From Bugula neritina (lineage: Eukaryota; Animalia; Bryozoa), in NCBI GenBank assembly GCA_964035545.1, contig OZ037767.1, positions 13,687,801 to 13,751,800 of the forward strand: 64,000 bases of DNA, read 5' to 3'. The notes under the pieces are model-generated. The model ran no database searches and was not told the DNA's origin. It saw only the letters and a program-made list of their open reading frames with translations. Below, one piece after another: positions 14,818 to 29,933 of the stretch; the stretch's first letter is position 1; every line of letters starts with the position of its first letter. The position numbers and the translations under genes are program-made.

Positions 14818-15617
14818 CAGGGTTGGGGTAATTATAATCTGTAATTGGTTGTAATTAATTACATTTTTTCAAGTAATACTAATTCAAATTGAATTTAATT
14901 TGTAATTGATGTATAAAAATGTAATTTTCATTAATTACATATTTAATGTCATTGATTTTTGTAACTACTTTATAATTACATGTCAATTACTTCAAACTTT
15001 TAAATCATAAAAATTTCATGCTTTTCCTATTATGCCTACTGTTAAATAACAAGTTCAGACTAGGTTTATGTAGTATAGTATGACTGTTGAGCACGCAAAG
15101 AAGGTTCTCTACTGTCAAAATTGCCCCCAGGTGATTTTAGTTAAAAATGGCACAGGTAATAAAGGCACCAGTAATAAAAAAGGGCACAAATGAAAAAGTA
15201 GGAAGAAATGACACACTGATATTAATTTTTCTCAAACTCTCAACCCTTCAAACCCAACCCCAAATTCAAACTCCCATCTCCAAACCTAAATCCCCACCCA
15301 AAACACCCAACCTCACCCCAAACCTTAAAATTAAAAAAGTGACATTTTTTCCGACTTTTCCATTTATACCCTTATTACCGGTGCTATTATTACCTGTGCC
15401 ATTTTTGCCTGTGCCAGTTTTGCCGTGCCATCTTTGCCGGACACCGCCTCAGGTAGTTGGACCCTAGAAGTGAGATTGCATAACTTCATTTTCCTTTGTG
15501 AGAACAAAAGTAATTGTTATTGTAATTAATTACATTACTTTTTAACTGTAATTGTAATTGACAAATTTCCATATAATTGTAATGAATTACATTCAGATGT
15601 AATTGATCCCAACCCTG
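14818..15617. mobile_element. Non-autonomous hAT-type DNA transposon (MITE)
   Basis: TIRs CAGGGTTGGG...CCCAACCCTG, subterminal GTAATT repeats, perfect 8-bp TSD CTAGTGCT (14810-14817 and 15618-15625). Confidence 0.85.
15130..15445. mobile_element. Palindromic MITE nested in the hAT element
   Basis: Inverted arms AAAAATGGCACAGGTAATAAAGGCACC / GGTGCTATTATTACCTGTGCCATTTTT, GGTG...CACC ends, central CCCAAACC-rich tract. Confidence 0.6.
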
Positions 15618-16413
15618 CTAGTGCTGACCACAAGCACAGTATGAGTATGTGTTTTATTATTTTATATTGAATCTATTATTATGATTAATGGTGTTGTTAT
15701 TATATTTAATTTGTCTAATGGTGCCCATACTCATACTGATAGTGATACTGGAAGTTCATAGTAATACTAACGCTGATAGTGAAACTAATAGTTATACTAA
15801 TACTATAAGTGTAATGCTAATAGTTATACTTATAGTTAGTAAGTTACAGCTACACTGATAGTGATACTAAAGTAGTTGACCATTGATTTAAATATTCAAT
15901 CATTGTGATTGAATTTGATTTGTTGTTATTATCTTTTCACAATACGTACAGTTTACGGTGCACGAATGGAAGCAAAATTGATTGAGTACTCAAGCTTGTG
16001 AAAGCTAATTTTTAAATTTGAGGACACATGAAACCCAACAACCAAAAGCACTTTTGAAGCAAGTAGGCATGTGTAAACATAAGTCAGTAGGTTTATTGCA
16101 AATTGTGTAGGAGATCATGCTCATACTAAGCCTTCACTCAAACCTCTTGTCAGTAGGTGACATTACCAAACAATGATATGAATAATGAGACAAAAAGTGT
16201 TATAATTATTTTGTAATAGGCCAATAAAATCAAACTAGTCAACCATTTTATCTGCTAAGAAGGCTACTAGTATATAATCATTACAAATGCTTCAATCTGC
16301 TAGTTTCACACAAGCTCAGTTTGTTAAATTCCCCCTGACAAAACTTCAAGAATCACAATAAATTCTACATAATTTCGATTAAAGTCAAATTTATCAATTT
16401 CAATTTATTTTAG

Positions 16414-16824
16414 ATGATGAGAAGCTTGCAGCATACATTAAAGTCATTTCTGTTGCCTACGTGCACTAGATATTTGTGTGCTGGTAAAGCGCACACAGTT
16501 GTTAAATCTCAACAGTCTTACCAGTACGCAATTGATCGGGTGAAGACTTATGATTATGAGAGTTATCTCATCATTCTGTTAGGTGCCAAGAAGTGGAGGT
16601 AAACAGTATGATAATTTTTTTATTTTATAAAATTGGCTAGATAACGTGGCCCTGTATTAAAATAGTTAACTGATATATATGTTTCTATTTGAGCATACTT
16701 ACAATCTTGATTATTATATTTCAAAATATATTTTAGTTTCAATTTCTTCAAGATTTACATTTAATTATTCATGTTTTTATTATTAATATATCTGTATATT
16801 CACGAACACACACATGCACACACG

Positions 16825-16870
<46 letters not shown>

Positions 16871-18566
16871 CGCACACACGCACACACGCACACACGCACA
16901 CACGCACACACGCACACACGCACACACGCACACACGCACACACGCACACACGCACACACGCACACACGCACACACGCACACACGCACACACGCACACACG
17001 CACACACGCACACACGCACACACGCACACACGCACACACGCACACACGCACACACGCACACACGCACACACGCACACACGCACACACGCACACACGCACA
17101 CACGCACACACGCACACACGCACACACGCACACACGCACACACGCACACACGCACACACGCACACACGCACACACGCACACACGCACACACACGCACGAA
17201 CACACACGCACATGCACACACACGAACACATGCACACGAACACACACACACGTAAATTTAATATCTGTCATTTGCCTTCTATAACTAGTAGAATTATTTC
17301 TAATTTTATATTTCTGATTACATTATATGCTTTAAGATATCCCATGTTCGTTCTACACGCCTACAACGTAGAGCTTTCCTTGATCCTGGAGTTAGCTGCA
17401 GATGCCAGGACTTTAGCTGGAAGGTAAAACCAACTCTCATTTTTCAGTCTTTTTACTTTAGGCATTTGTTTAATGATAAACATTTAATGATAAACATTTT
17501 TTATATATGACCTTTGATTTATGACCTTTTTGAAGTTTCCAACTAGCTATAGTCAATTTAATTTGTATAATCAATAGTCATTTATTATCAGATAAACTCA
17601 TACTTTGCTATTTTCAAGTTTTTAACTGCTTTTTATATTGTTTTTTTGTAGCCTCACTGTCAGTGGTTGTGTTTAGTAAAATTTGCTGTTGGGCACTATA
17701 TGTTTTAATTTAGAAATTTTAATAGGCCTTTTTTCTGTTTGAGAAAAACAATGAATTTATGCAGTTAAACATGTTGAATATGAACATGCCTCTAGTTTTA
17801 TGACCTGTACACATGTTCGAGTTGATGTAATGTATATAGTATATTCTTCAATTACTAATAGCTTAATTTATTTACCAGGCGATGTGAATCCTATTGTAGA
17901 TTTGCTTTTTGGACAGACGTGTTGAATGGGATCTACTCAGATACGCCCCCGTATTACCACCCAGTTGTTCAAGAGTTGACCACACTCCATAAACTCAATC
18001 TGATAAACTCACAACAATCCCAGAACTGTTTATCTAACATGTTGACCAGTAGACAAAAAGTTAGTCAAGTCACTCACTTTGAGACTTTAGACCAACTTGA
18101 GACTTACTCTGAACACACCAAGTCTTCCCTTCTCTATTTATTATTAAACATGTCTGCTGAGAGTTCTATAGATACAGATCATGTTGCTAGCCATGTTGGC
18201 CGATGCTACGGTCTAATTACAGCACTAAGATCGACTCCGTATTTAGCAACTAAGAACCAGCTTCTTTTACCCCAGGATCTCCTATCTAAGCATAAGGTTT
18301 CCCAGTCGGACGTATTGAGAATGAAAGACAATGTTAGAGAAGTTGTATTCGAAATGGCTTCAGTAGCTCATGTGCATTTGCAGAAAGCACAAAAACTTAT
18401 GGAGAAGCTGCCTAAAAATATACGACAGTATTTTCTAGTTACAGCGATATGCAACAGCCAATTAGAGCTGCTGAGAAAATGTGATTTCAATTTACATGAT
18501 CCGTTGTTTTTAAAGAAGAATCCTATGCTACCATGGCACCTATGGAGAGCCAAGAGAAAGATATGA
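16414..18566 (+). CDS. NDUFAF6: NADH dehydrogenase (ubiquinone) complex I assembly factor 6 (squalene/phytoene synthase-like fold), 312 aa
   Basis: Exons 16414-16598, 17337-17423, 17900-18566 (939 nt, phases 2/2). Basic, presequence-like N-terminus. Motifs [88 protein letters not shown] at 18753-18758. Confidence 0.93.
16801..17251. repeat. (CACACACG)n / (CA)n microsatellite in NDUFAF6 intron 1
   Basis: Direct inspection; produces spurious HT/CV ORFs. Confidence 0.95.
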
Positions 18567-19256
18567 AGTTTTTGCAAAAAGTTTTCATGGAGCTGAAAAA
18601 ATCTCTAAAAATTGTTCATGATGTTTTGTTTTCCTTACCAAGTGCTATTTTAACATGGCATGTTTTTAAATGCTTTGCATGTTTTAAACTTTTTAGTAGG
18701 CTTTTGAAATGTGCATTTTATTGACATTATTTTCAAAATTACCAGCCCTGGAAATAAACATTATGCATTAATAGTAGAAATCTCTGCCTACCAGTGATTT
18801 AACTGCAGCATAAACATTTGCATTCTACATTTGTACACCAATTTGAATTGCCAAAATATTGAATGCACGAGTTTTAAGTTGATAAAGAGAGTATTGCAAG
18901 AATTTAAGTACTTACAAAGTATCCTAACCTTATGGATCATCTGGCTACAACCGCTATCATATTACTCCTTGTATTAACAAGTGATGCTATAGAATGCCAA
19001 ATCCTAGGATTTGCTCTCTCTTGCACAAGTGAGTATGAGCCACTATTGGGTGAAACTAATCTTTACAAATAATTATGTTATCTTCAGCGATTGCTCTATC
19101 TTTTTTATGCCAATTCAAATAAATTGAAATTTATATTCTCAATTGAAACCTTCCTATCATCATTACAATTGATATTTCTACGTTTAGTTGAATTAGTAAA
19201 GGCATAGCAACTATTAGTGAAAACACTGAGACATGAATTTAAGTATTGGACAAATA

Positions 19257-20558
19257 AGGTAAAGGGGGGGGGGGAGAAAGCACAATGGGCCGAATTTTGA
19301 ATTTTTTTGCTCTCATTCGTCTGTTAAATTTCAAGTTACTAGTTCAATAATTTCTAGTCTAAATACCACACCAGTTGTCTGTTACAGGTATCAGTTTGTT
19401 GTTTTTATCTCTTTCGCAACCTTCAGAACAACGAAATTTTCATCACGAAAAAATTGAACCTTTGTGCCCGATACCAGGGTACAATGGGCCACTGGGTTGG
19501 ACACAGCAAATATATTAAAACTTCACTGATTTAGTTTCATCTGTTCTTTGTTTATTTAATATACACAAGTAGATAAAAATACACTTTCAGATTTACAGCA
19601 AAAATCATGTTTTAGCTGTACAGCTTGTGCCACCACAGATAGCAGGGGGGGGGGGGGACAAAATAAAAAATGCACATGAATCATTTCTACGGTGACATTA
19701 TCAAAACCCTCTAGAACAGAAAATGTTTTCTTATTTCCACTTCACAGAAACTTTCATCAAAAACAAAAATAGTGACATGTGCTCTAAAGTTTTGAGTGGA
19801 CTTTTTATGAACTGTAGCTAAAGTGGCTAAGGATTGTGGCTGAAGTGCGGAAAGCGGAGGAAATGAGCAAATCACAATTTATTTTAGTCAAATACATGTA
19901 TATTCTCTCAATGATATAATGTATAATGAATATCATGACTATCCATTAGTAGCAACAGCAGAGTGTTTTGTATTATGTATAAAACAGCAAAGCTATAACC
20001 TCACCAGATGCATATGAGGGCAGCTTCACCTTGTAGTTTTGTACTCTTATCATGATGTTTTTGACATTTTACAAAAAGGTCAGAAATGGCTATATCTACG
20101 GGTTTTACTAACATTTCAACTAATTTTTTGGGCAAACAAACTAACAACAGTGATCAGGGTGTATTAATGGTCGGGTGGCTCATTGGGCCCGTGTGGCCAA
20201 GTTGAAAGTAAATGTGACTCAAGGAAAATTTATTTTAGAATTTACTATTATACTAGTTAAGCAATGTAGAGACAAGCAATGGCAACAATATCAGTAAAAT
20301 CTAAGCTTGTCGCCTTTGAATGTAAAAAGTTATAAAGCTTTAACGACATCTTTAAAAATTACAAAAAGTAGGTAAAAACAGTTTTTCACTCACCTCTTCA
20401 ACATGTATGCTTCTCTAGTGTTGAAAACACAATGGCTGAATAATTATGTCATTTCTTTTTTATTAAAGAAAAAATCACAACTCTATGTCAAGAAGTTCTC
20501 TCACTTAATTTGACCGGCTTTCTGTACCCCTATGACGGTTGTGCCCCCCCTCCACCGT
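19257..20558. mobile_element. Non-autonomous Tc1/mariner-pogo-like element
   Basis: Imperfect TIRs AGGTAAAGGGGG..GCACAATGGGCC / GGTTGTGCCCCCCCTCCACCGT, TA on the left, internal GGGYACAATGRGCC subrepeats; no transposase ORF. Confidence 0.55.
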
Positions 20559-21173
20559 TGCCCCTAATTGACAATATTTATTGTTTATGCAAGGTTTTAT
20601 TGGAGTCGAGACAGGAAATTGTGCTATTAAATTTGCTTTTTGTTTCACGGCTAAGATAACTAGTTTTGAAACATGGCAAGTTCTTTAATATGTCAATACA
20701 GCTTACAGCCTATGTCATTGGTTATTAATTTCCAATTTGTGGATGCATGGTGCTACCATTGGTGATGTACCATTTTGTTTAATCTGTCATTTAAAAACAA
20801 ATTCAATGCTAGTTGTTTGACTGAATTGGTTTAAATCATATTTCGCCTTTTTTCAAAAACAACACAATAGCAATATCAAAGTACGTTGTTATAAATCACG
20901 CTTTATTAGTATTGAGAAGGATCACACAAGTTTTAGGACTTAAAAAAAACAATTATTTTCACCGGGTGCAATTAGTAGAAAAATAGATTATTGAAATAGT
21001 AAGAGTAATATTAAAACAGCAAAGTATAAATAAGTATTAAAAAGTGTAACACAAACATAACAAATATTTTATAAAGATCAAACAAACAGTTTTATAGAAA
21101 TGTCAGACAACTTTAGAGAAATAACAGAAAATATATGAAAACAACGAGGAAAGTCTTTTAACAAACGAATAGT

Positions 21174-22647
<1,474 letters not shown>

Positions 22648-22746
22648 CTTGATAACAAAATATACACTCAGTGATATACAAACTGTACTTGAGATTGAAA
22701 CTATGAATAGGTGTGATAATTTACTCTGCAGTTCTCATGGCCACTC

Positions 22747-22789
22747 CTTTTATACTCTTCTCAAACCAGGAAAATGCATTCTATTGGTT
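22747..22789 (-). promoter_or_regulatory. TATA box plus CCAAT box of IL-17-like copy A
   Basis: TATAAAAG on the minus strand at 22747-22754 and AACCAATAG at 22781-22789, about 100-140 bp upstream of the ATG. Confidence 0.6.
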
Positions 22790-25700
22790 AATCTTATTGT
22801 TTATTTAATATTTTATTCAATAAAATTCAATATGGAAAGTTGGAAAACTTGCTTTCATTCAAGTATGTGGAAAAATATAGTTCTTTCATTGGTGCTTTGT
22901 GTTTAATAGTAGCCAATAGTTTTCATTTGTTAGTTGGTGTTTCAACGTTGAACTATAATAAAAAAATAAATTTATAATTTCAAAACAATTTATGAAACAA
23001 TAAAATATCTTAGAGTGATGCATTAGTCATGTGAACTTACTTAATGTAATTGCAAACATCACCTCAAAGTAAATATGCCATTGGAATTCAAAAGCCCAAG
23101 AACATAGTCGATGATTTGTTGGTTTTTATTTGGACTGCTAATAGGCTGTATCTGTTTACTGTATTTTCTCCAAGCACTTTCTGATTGTAGTTTTTATAAA
23201 TGTTTAAATAATTGAAAAATGATTACTTTTGCATGAAAAGAAAATTTTACTTTTCGATTTCAGATAATGTGAAGCAACAATTTATTTTTAGTTGCAGTAC
23301 ATGACTTCACTCATTCAAAATCTTTTTAGAAATTAACTGTTACCCAACAAATTACATTAGAATTGTTTATTTAGCAATAGTGCATTACTAAAAGAGGTTT
23401 GCAAACTTTTCTACTTTACTTATATTAGTATTGAGTGACAAAATAAAAACTGTTTATTAAACAACTATCAAAAATCACCATCAAATAGTTTAAATTGAAA
23501 TCAATCACTAATTTTTCAAGATATGAACGTAATGTTAAGTCACCTTTATTTAGAATTTCCTCACAATAATCTTTTATATTGAGTATTGTAGACAGCTAAA
23601 ATTACTCTTTTGTTCTGTTTATATAATGTATATAAACTTGAATTACATAAAATAGCAATACAAAAGAACACACGTGCTATGCTACCGTTTCCTTCACTTT
23701 GTTTATCAAGTGTGTATGATGGAATTGTAATCAATATGAATAATGGTACTGGGCAAATGTTTATTAAGTTTTCCAGCTGGGATTATAAACAGATAGAATA
23801 TGTTATATATTGCATCATGTTTTGTTTCATTATGTTGTGTTTACTTACCTAGTATAATATGATATGCTATATAAATAATTATGTATATATTATAGTTAAT
23901 TAAAACAGTGCTGCATCAGTTATATAATCTTCCTTTCTTTATCCGTGTCAAACACAATGTCACATCAGTGCTTTTAAAACCTCTGAACACGTATTAAATA
24001 GCATCTATGTGTACAGTTTGATCTATATAGTAACACAGGGAAAAAGTTGAATTGTATAATAAAAACATCTATTTCTCCGTATGCAATAAAATAATAATTT
24101 TTTCAAGTTTAAACCTTACTCTTTTCTTATGCTTTCATGATTTTTTGTATTTTTCACCAAACACCTGCATTAACTTGCATAAATGCTTTTCATTAAATAA
24201 GATAAACAAAAGTTATAAATTTCCATATGAAGAAGTTTATGAATTCCAAGAATAATGATTGAATGAAAATAAGAAATGTTGAGTTTGTGAAATATTATTG
24301 TTTAATGCTTATCTTTCACACATTTTGTAATTTGTAAAGAATGAGTAACTAAATTCTTGGAACTATGCAGTTTGTAATGCTTTTTTTATATATGCATCTT
24401 CGTCAAAGTTGTCACAATTAGGTTGAACTCACATCACCTCTGTAAACTTCCCGCGTGTGTCTGTGAATCTAATAATGAAATTTTTACTTGCATAATTTTA
24501 CTGGGTGTGACTTTTGTTACTTCAGCTGAAAACATATAATTCAGGTTTCTTCCTTGTGCAGTATTTAGAAAATGTGACCGTCCATGCGTGATAGGCTTAG
24601 ATTTGGCCAGTGTCCAAATACAATCTTGATGTTTATAACACAAGATGAAACAAACATACAATTTCAGTCTGCATAGAGCCATAGACACTTTAGAAAGTAA
24701 TGAAGACATAATTTTTATTGCAACTGTATGAAAGAAATATAAAAGCATTCTAATATGTATTTTTAAAAGCAGTTTACAAGTATTTTATGAATTCAACATG
24801 TATTTTAGTTAATATTAAATGCTGTTGTTAGGAATGGTTAGCGGTTAGCAGATAATTCACAAAATCTATTCAAATTTTGAAACATACGTATTAAAGTGCT
24901 TAGAATTTAGCCATGTTAATGTTATTATTGTAATTGGCTCTGTCATCTATACTAGAGTTTGCTATATTGTGTAAACATAGCCACCTATTCAAAGGAAATC
25001 TTTTGTAGGCTAGATTTACTATATTCACTAATGTTTATTTTCTATGTTTGTTATTGTAATTAGGAAAAAGTATAATTCATATCTAGAAGAAACAAAGCTA
25101 GCTTTTAGTATTAAATACAGTTGATTTCAAAATTAATTACACTCTTTTACATATTTATAAAGATCTTTCAGAATCTAGAACTTAGAATTTTATTGCTTAG
25201 GAATTTTATTAATTGCATCATTAGACAACTAAATCTTGTAAATTAATTGTTGTGGAAATTCAATGTGCATATACAAGTTATCGTCCATCTTGTATAGAAA
25301 TCTGAAAGCTACTTAATTGTGGGTCAAATTAGTTGGAAAAGTTGCAAATCATGTTCAAACCCATTCATACATACAAAAAATGCCCTCTGTTATTTGTTTA
25401 AATTTGACTTTCCTGCTTTCTACAAAATACAAATTCCGTATAGCTTTTCAACTGTTCCTGGAAAAGTTGGATTGGAACAATATGAAACCTTTTTTTCAAG
25501 GGAGGTAAATAATCCCCTCAAAACATGTTTTTTTATTTGCGATATCAAACTTCAATAAGGTATGAAGTTTGTCAGTTAGATTGTTTAATAAAATTATAAG
25601 GATCTATTTGGTATAATACAAAAATATCTTAAGCCATTATTGCTAAAATTGATATGTTGGGCTTTAGTTTAGATCTATTTTTAGGTACCAGTGAAAAAAT

Positions 25701-26045
25701 GTGATCTTTTTATAGTGATAATTGCTGTTTATGTCAGAGAAATAATATCTTAGTTGAGACGAACTAGTGGTAAAGCAGTTTTAATGAATAGGAAAGTTGA
25801 GCATGTAATAATGCTTTACTAAGGAAACTATAATGTTACAGTCCTTTAAGCTGGCATTGGCTAAGACATCTAATAATCAGATAAATTCCCTACTGTCTAC
25901 TTACAATAGATTTCCTTTATGAGGAAAAACCTGATTATAAATGAGAAAATTTGAAATAAGACTGTCTTTTTAGTATTGAAATTTATATTTTAAGTCAAAC
26001 TCTAAAATATATTTATTTTTCAATTTACTTAATTTATCAGTAATG

Positions 26046-26254
26046 GTATGGCCCTAGGGGTTAGAGTGTTTGCCTAGTAAGCACAGAGTCATGGGTTTGA
26101 GCCTCGACAAAGGCCATTGGTGATGTAAGGAAGAGCATTCAGTCATAATTGCTCCTGTGTCTCATTTAAATAAGTCCTTAGCCACTTTAACAAACACCCT
26201 TTTTCATCAGGGGTTTCTCACAGGGATAGTGACTATAAATTTGTGTGAGTTTTT
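26046..26254 (+). mobile_element. tRNA-derived SINE (family A)
   Basis: Same family; TSD TTAATTTATC(A/G)GTAATG on both sides. Confidence 0.85.
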
Positions 26255-26530
26255 GTTTAATTTATCGGTAATGAATAATATATTGCGAGCATAAAGATTA
26301 TTGAATTTTGAAGGCTGCATTTAAATCAAGTGAAGTTTATACATTATGACAACCTAAGCCTGGGCTTTATTTTATACTTGATGTGAATAATAATTTATGA
26401 GTAAATAACAACAGCAAAACACTTTGTGTCTATTGGCTAGTAACCCTACAAAATGGAACTAAGTAATTCCCATATAATTGACTTTTTTATTTTTTTGGCA
26501 AAACTGCAAAATAATATTTATATAATAAAG

Positions 26531-26747
26531 AAACTCACACAAGTTTATAGTCACTATCTGTGTGAGAACCCCTGATCAAAGGGTTTTTTGTTGAATCGGG
26601 CTAAGGACTTATTCAAATGAGGCACAGGAGCAATTTTTCCTGAATCACCTTTCCTATAACATCACCAAAAGCCTTTGTCGGGGCTCGAAGTTATGACTTC
26701 ATGCTTACTAGGCAAACGCTTCAGCCCCTAGACCAGGGCTGCTTCCT
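26531..26747 (-). mobile_element. tRNA-derived SINE (family A), reverse orientation
   Basis: Reverse complement of the family; TSD AAATAATATTTATA. Confidence 0.82.
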
Positions 26748-29447
26748 TAAATAATATTTATAATATTTCTATAATGATGTATTTCATTTAGATTACATTT
26801 CTGCTCTCAAATTATTTTATTATATGTTGATTCAAAATATCAGTAAATCATTTGTTAGCAGCAATATCATTTGTAAGTTAATACAGGAATTGAAAGAGGT
26901 TTTGTATCACTACTAAATCCAATTTTTCTTTTGTAGTTATTGAATGACTATAAAATGATTTAAAAATCAAATAATTGTTTTCAGTTTGTAACGCAGAAAA
27001 CATGTTGTAGATATAAAAATACATATTAGTAAACTGTTCAGCTCACTGTATTTTTGTACTACTGCAAAGAAATCTTTTATTTACAATCCATTCTATAAGG
27101 ACAACTATAGGAAGAGCAACTCTAAAGATGCAAAGATTGTATTCTAAAAGAGAGAATATTGAACAAAATATAGTTTTGATAAACAATTCATATCTAGACT
27201 TGCAGTAAATACAGTAGGTCGTTTCATAACATGACATTGGTGATAGGATTTTAAGTTTTACAGTTAAACATCCTATAAATCTCTATGAAAAAACCAATTT
27301 ACTTATACTTCATTCAAAATGTTTTTACATTGTTATTTTTTTAAACAATTATTTTATATTTAAGACAAAATAAAAGCTACTCTCTTTGTATTTAACAAAG
27401 TTTGCTATGTTTTTTAAAGAAGATGGTTGAAAGTGAGACATATTGTGTCTTATTGTTCAAAACTGCTTCCTGAATTGTTTAGCAATACTAAACAGACACT
27501 ATTAGGTAATGCAACAAGTCCTATATACTATATGAAACTAAAGGTTCCATTCAACAAAGATTGTTGGGTTTGTGAAATTTAATTGTTTAATAAATTTTAT
27601 TGTGTTGCTATTAAAAGTCTTTAAAGACTGAGTAGTCATATACAATAATATGTTATAAGAATGAGTGGTTCACCAAACTTTTCACAACATTCCCCTTATA
27701 TACTTCCCGCGTCTGCTTGGAGAGAATCTCAAACTATCATTTGTTTTCTATTGGTCGACTTATTATAGCTTTTGTTATTTCATTTGGTAAAATATGTGAG
27801 ATTTTCTATTACAAGTGGAAAGTGTATGAGTAACTACTTGTGTATGTGAAATGGTTGCATTTTCAAATATATCAGCATTGTTGTTTCATACTTCCCGAGT
27901 CTTCCAGTTTATTCTATACTTGATAAAGACATAAAAATAAATAGGTCTAGGTTGAAAGGGCAATTAATATTTGTTATACTTCACCATACAGTATTTCTAT
28001 ATATACCTGCAATAGTGTTTATAATACATTCAAGAGAAAGTTTTTATTAATAGCTATAGGAAGTTTTTCATCTACATAAATATACAGCTATAGATGTTAT
28101 TCCAGGTTATAACATTCCGCAATGCTGTATTAGCAAAAAATTATTAAATCATGTATATATAGTTTGGAACAAAATTTACTGCTTGCATTACAACTGTACA
28201 TTCAAATGGCTTTGTGTAATACATTTAGCAATATATGCTAATAACGGAAGTTCATGGTTGACGAAATGATGTTTACAGATTATAAATTTAGACTAGAGTC
28301 CAATTACAATAGTTCGTAGTTTTTATGACTTCGTATTTAAATCGCGGCAGCGCTGGTAGTTGTTAAACATTTTCTCAACTTCATCAAACTTTTTTTCTAA
28401 GATTAACCTGTTTTAAAACAACAACATTTTGACAAGTTTCCATTTGATTAAATTCAAAAGGAAAGCAATCTTTTACAATTCATGATGAAATAAGAAGCAA
28501 GAACAGAAAAATGGAAATGTGCCAAAATAATATTCATGATGCTAGCTTTGTTATCATTTACCACATTAAACATTTTTATTACAGACATAGCCAGTAGTGG
28601 ACTTCCTATTACATGAATAGCCAATCGCAGCACTCAAACTCAATGGCATTCTTAGAATGCCTTTTAGATAAAAGTTTATACAAACTCAAACTTTCATTAT
28701 TCATACTTTAAATGTTTTGTTGAGAGCTGAAAGAAAGTATGCTCACTCTCCTATTGTATTTCAACAGGGAAACTAGGAAAATTACAACAGAGACTACCGC
28801 ATGCTTGTACTTAAATTAGCCAATGTTTGACTGAACATTGCATAAAAGTTTTCAACTTTTGTAGTATCATATATGGCTTAAGGTAACTCCAGTTCAATAG
28901 TTTACCATAAAGCAAAGGTTGCTATTCTAAAAGCCATCCCAAATGCAATATGGTATAGAACTAATAATGTATTATATTCAAAACATAAGCAAGAACTATC
29001 ATATAGCAAAGGTGGTGTAAATTCAAACAAATGCATGTGACAATTCTGATAAATTCCGCACTCAAAAAAAAATTGCAAAACACAAAGTTGTGAGAGTTTC
29101 GTATAAGAATTGTTTGCAATTACTCATTCTTTACAAACTGTAAGACGTATGCACAGTAAAACTATTTAAACAATTATACTCCACAAATCCAACACTCCTT
29201 TTTCAACCAATCGTTATTCTTGGATTTTAACTCTTTGATGAAGCTTTATAACTATATTATTATTTCCTGGAAAACATTGTTTACATAGAAAGTACTATGT
29301 CTGCTAATTGGAAAATATTTTTGTTTAATGCAATACATCTTGGAAACATGAAAAATAGTAGTCCTATATATAACATATAAGAATTTATTATTCTATTGTT
29401 TGCAGTGAAAAGTGTTACTTTTATCAATTCAATTTTCCCTTTGTGTG

Positions 29448-29489
<42 letters not shown>

Positions 29490-29513
29490 AGCATTTTATA
29501 TATTATAGTATTT

Positions 29514-29933
29514 GGGTCATTTTACTTAATTTAGTGTGTACTGGAAATCTCTAGTTTTTAGCTATTGTTGACAATTTAGCTGCTAATGAATATGGTCTTT
29601 GCCCAAAACTAGTAAAATATGAATGAACACACCTAAATAATCAAGGTTCTTCTTAATTTTTCTTGATTTCCCATGTTTTTTTTTCTAATTATTTAGCTAC
29701 GTTTGATTTCGGAGAGTTATGGTTTTTTCATAACACTTTGTAATCAAAAGTTGCTAAATAATTAGGAAAAACATGGGAAATCAAGAAAAATTAAGAAGAA
29801 CCTTGATTATTTAGGTGTGTTCATTCATATTTTACTAGTTTTGGGCAAAGACCATATTCATTAGCAGCTAAATTGTCAAAAATAGCTAAAAACTGGAGAT
29901 TTCCAGTACACACTAAATTAAGTAAAATGACCC
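29514..29933. mobile_element. Foldback (near-perfect palindromic) MITE, 420 bp
   Basis: Arms of about 200 bp (GGGTCATTTTACTTAATTTAGTGTGTACTGG... / ...CCAGTACACACTAAATTAAGTAAAATGACCC), flanked by a 4-bp direct repeat ATTT. Confidence 0.85.

Noticed and set aside
15147-15467. 106-aa Pro/Lys-rich ORF
   Set aside because: It lies entirely over a palindromic MITE and has no transposase motifs.
16769-17427. Long ORFs with HT/CV repeats (also SL/RE ORFs at 21212-22024 and 31764-32072, YI ORFs at 37668-38175)
   Set aside because: These are translations of microsatellites lying in introns.
22649-22906. Duplicated 85/67-aa ORF antisense to the IL-17 promoters (also 30880-31083)
   Set aside because: It is conserved only because it lies in the duplicated promoter; the starts differ between copies and there are no protein features.
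25455-29272. Two TTCCTGGAA STAT-like sites (25455, 29264) in the IL-17 spacer
   Set aside because: TTCNNNGAA is expected a few times by chance in 8 kb of AT-rich DNA; unsupported without conservation or ChIP data.
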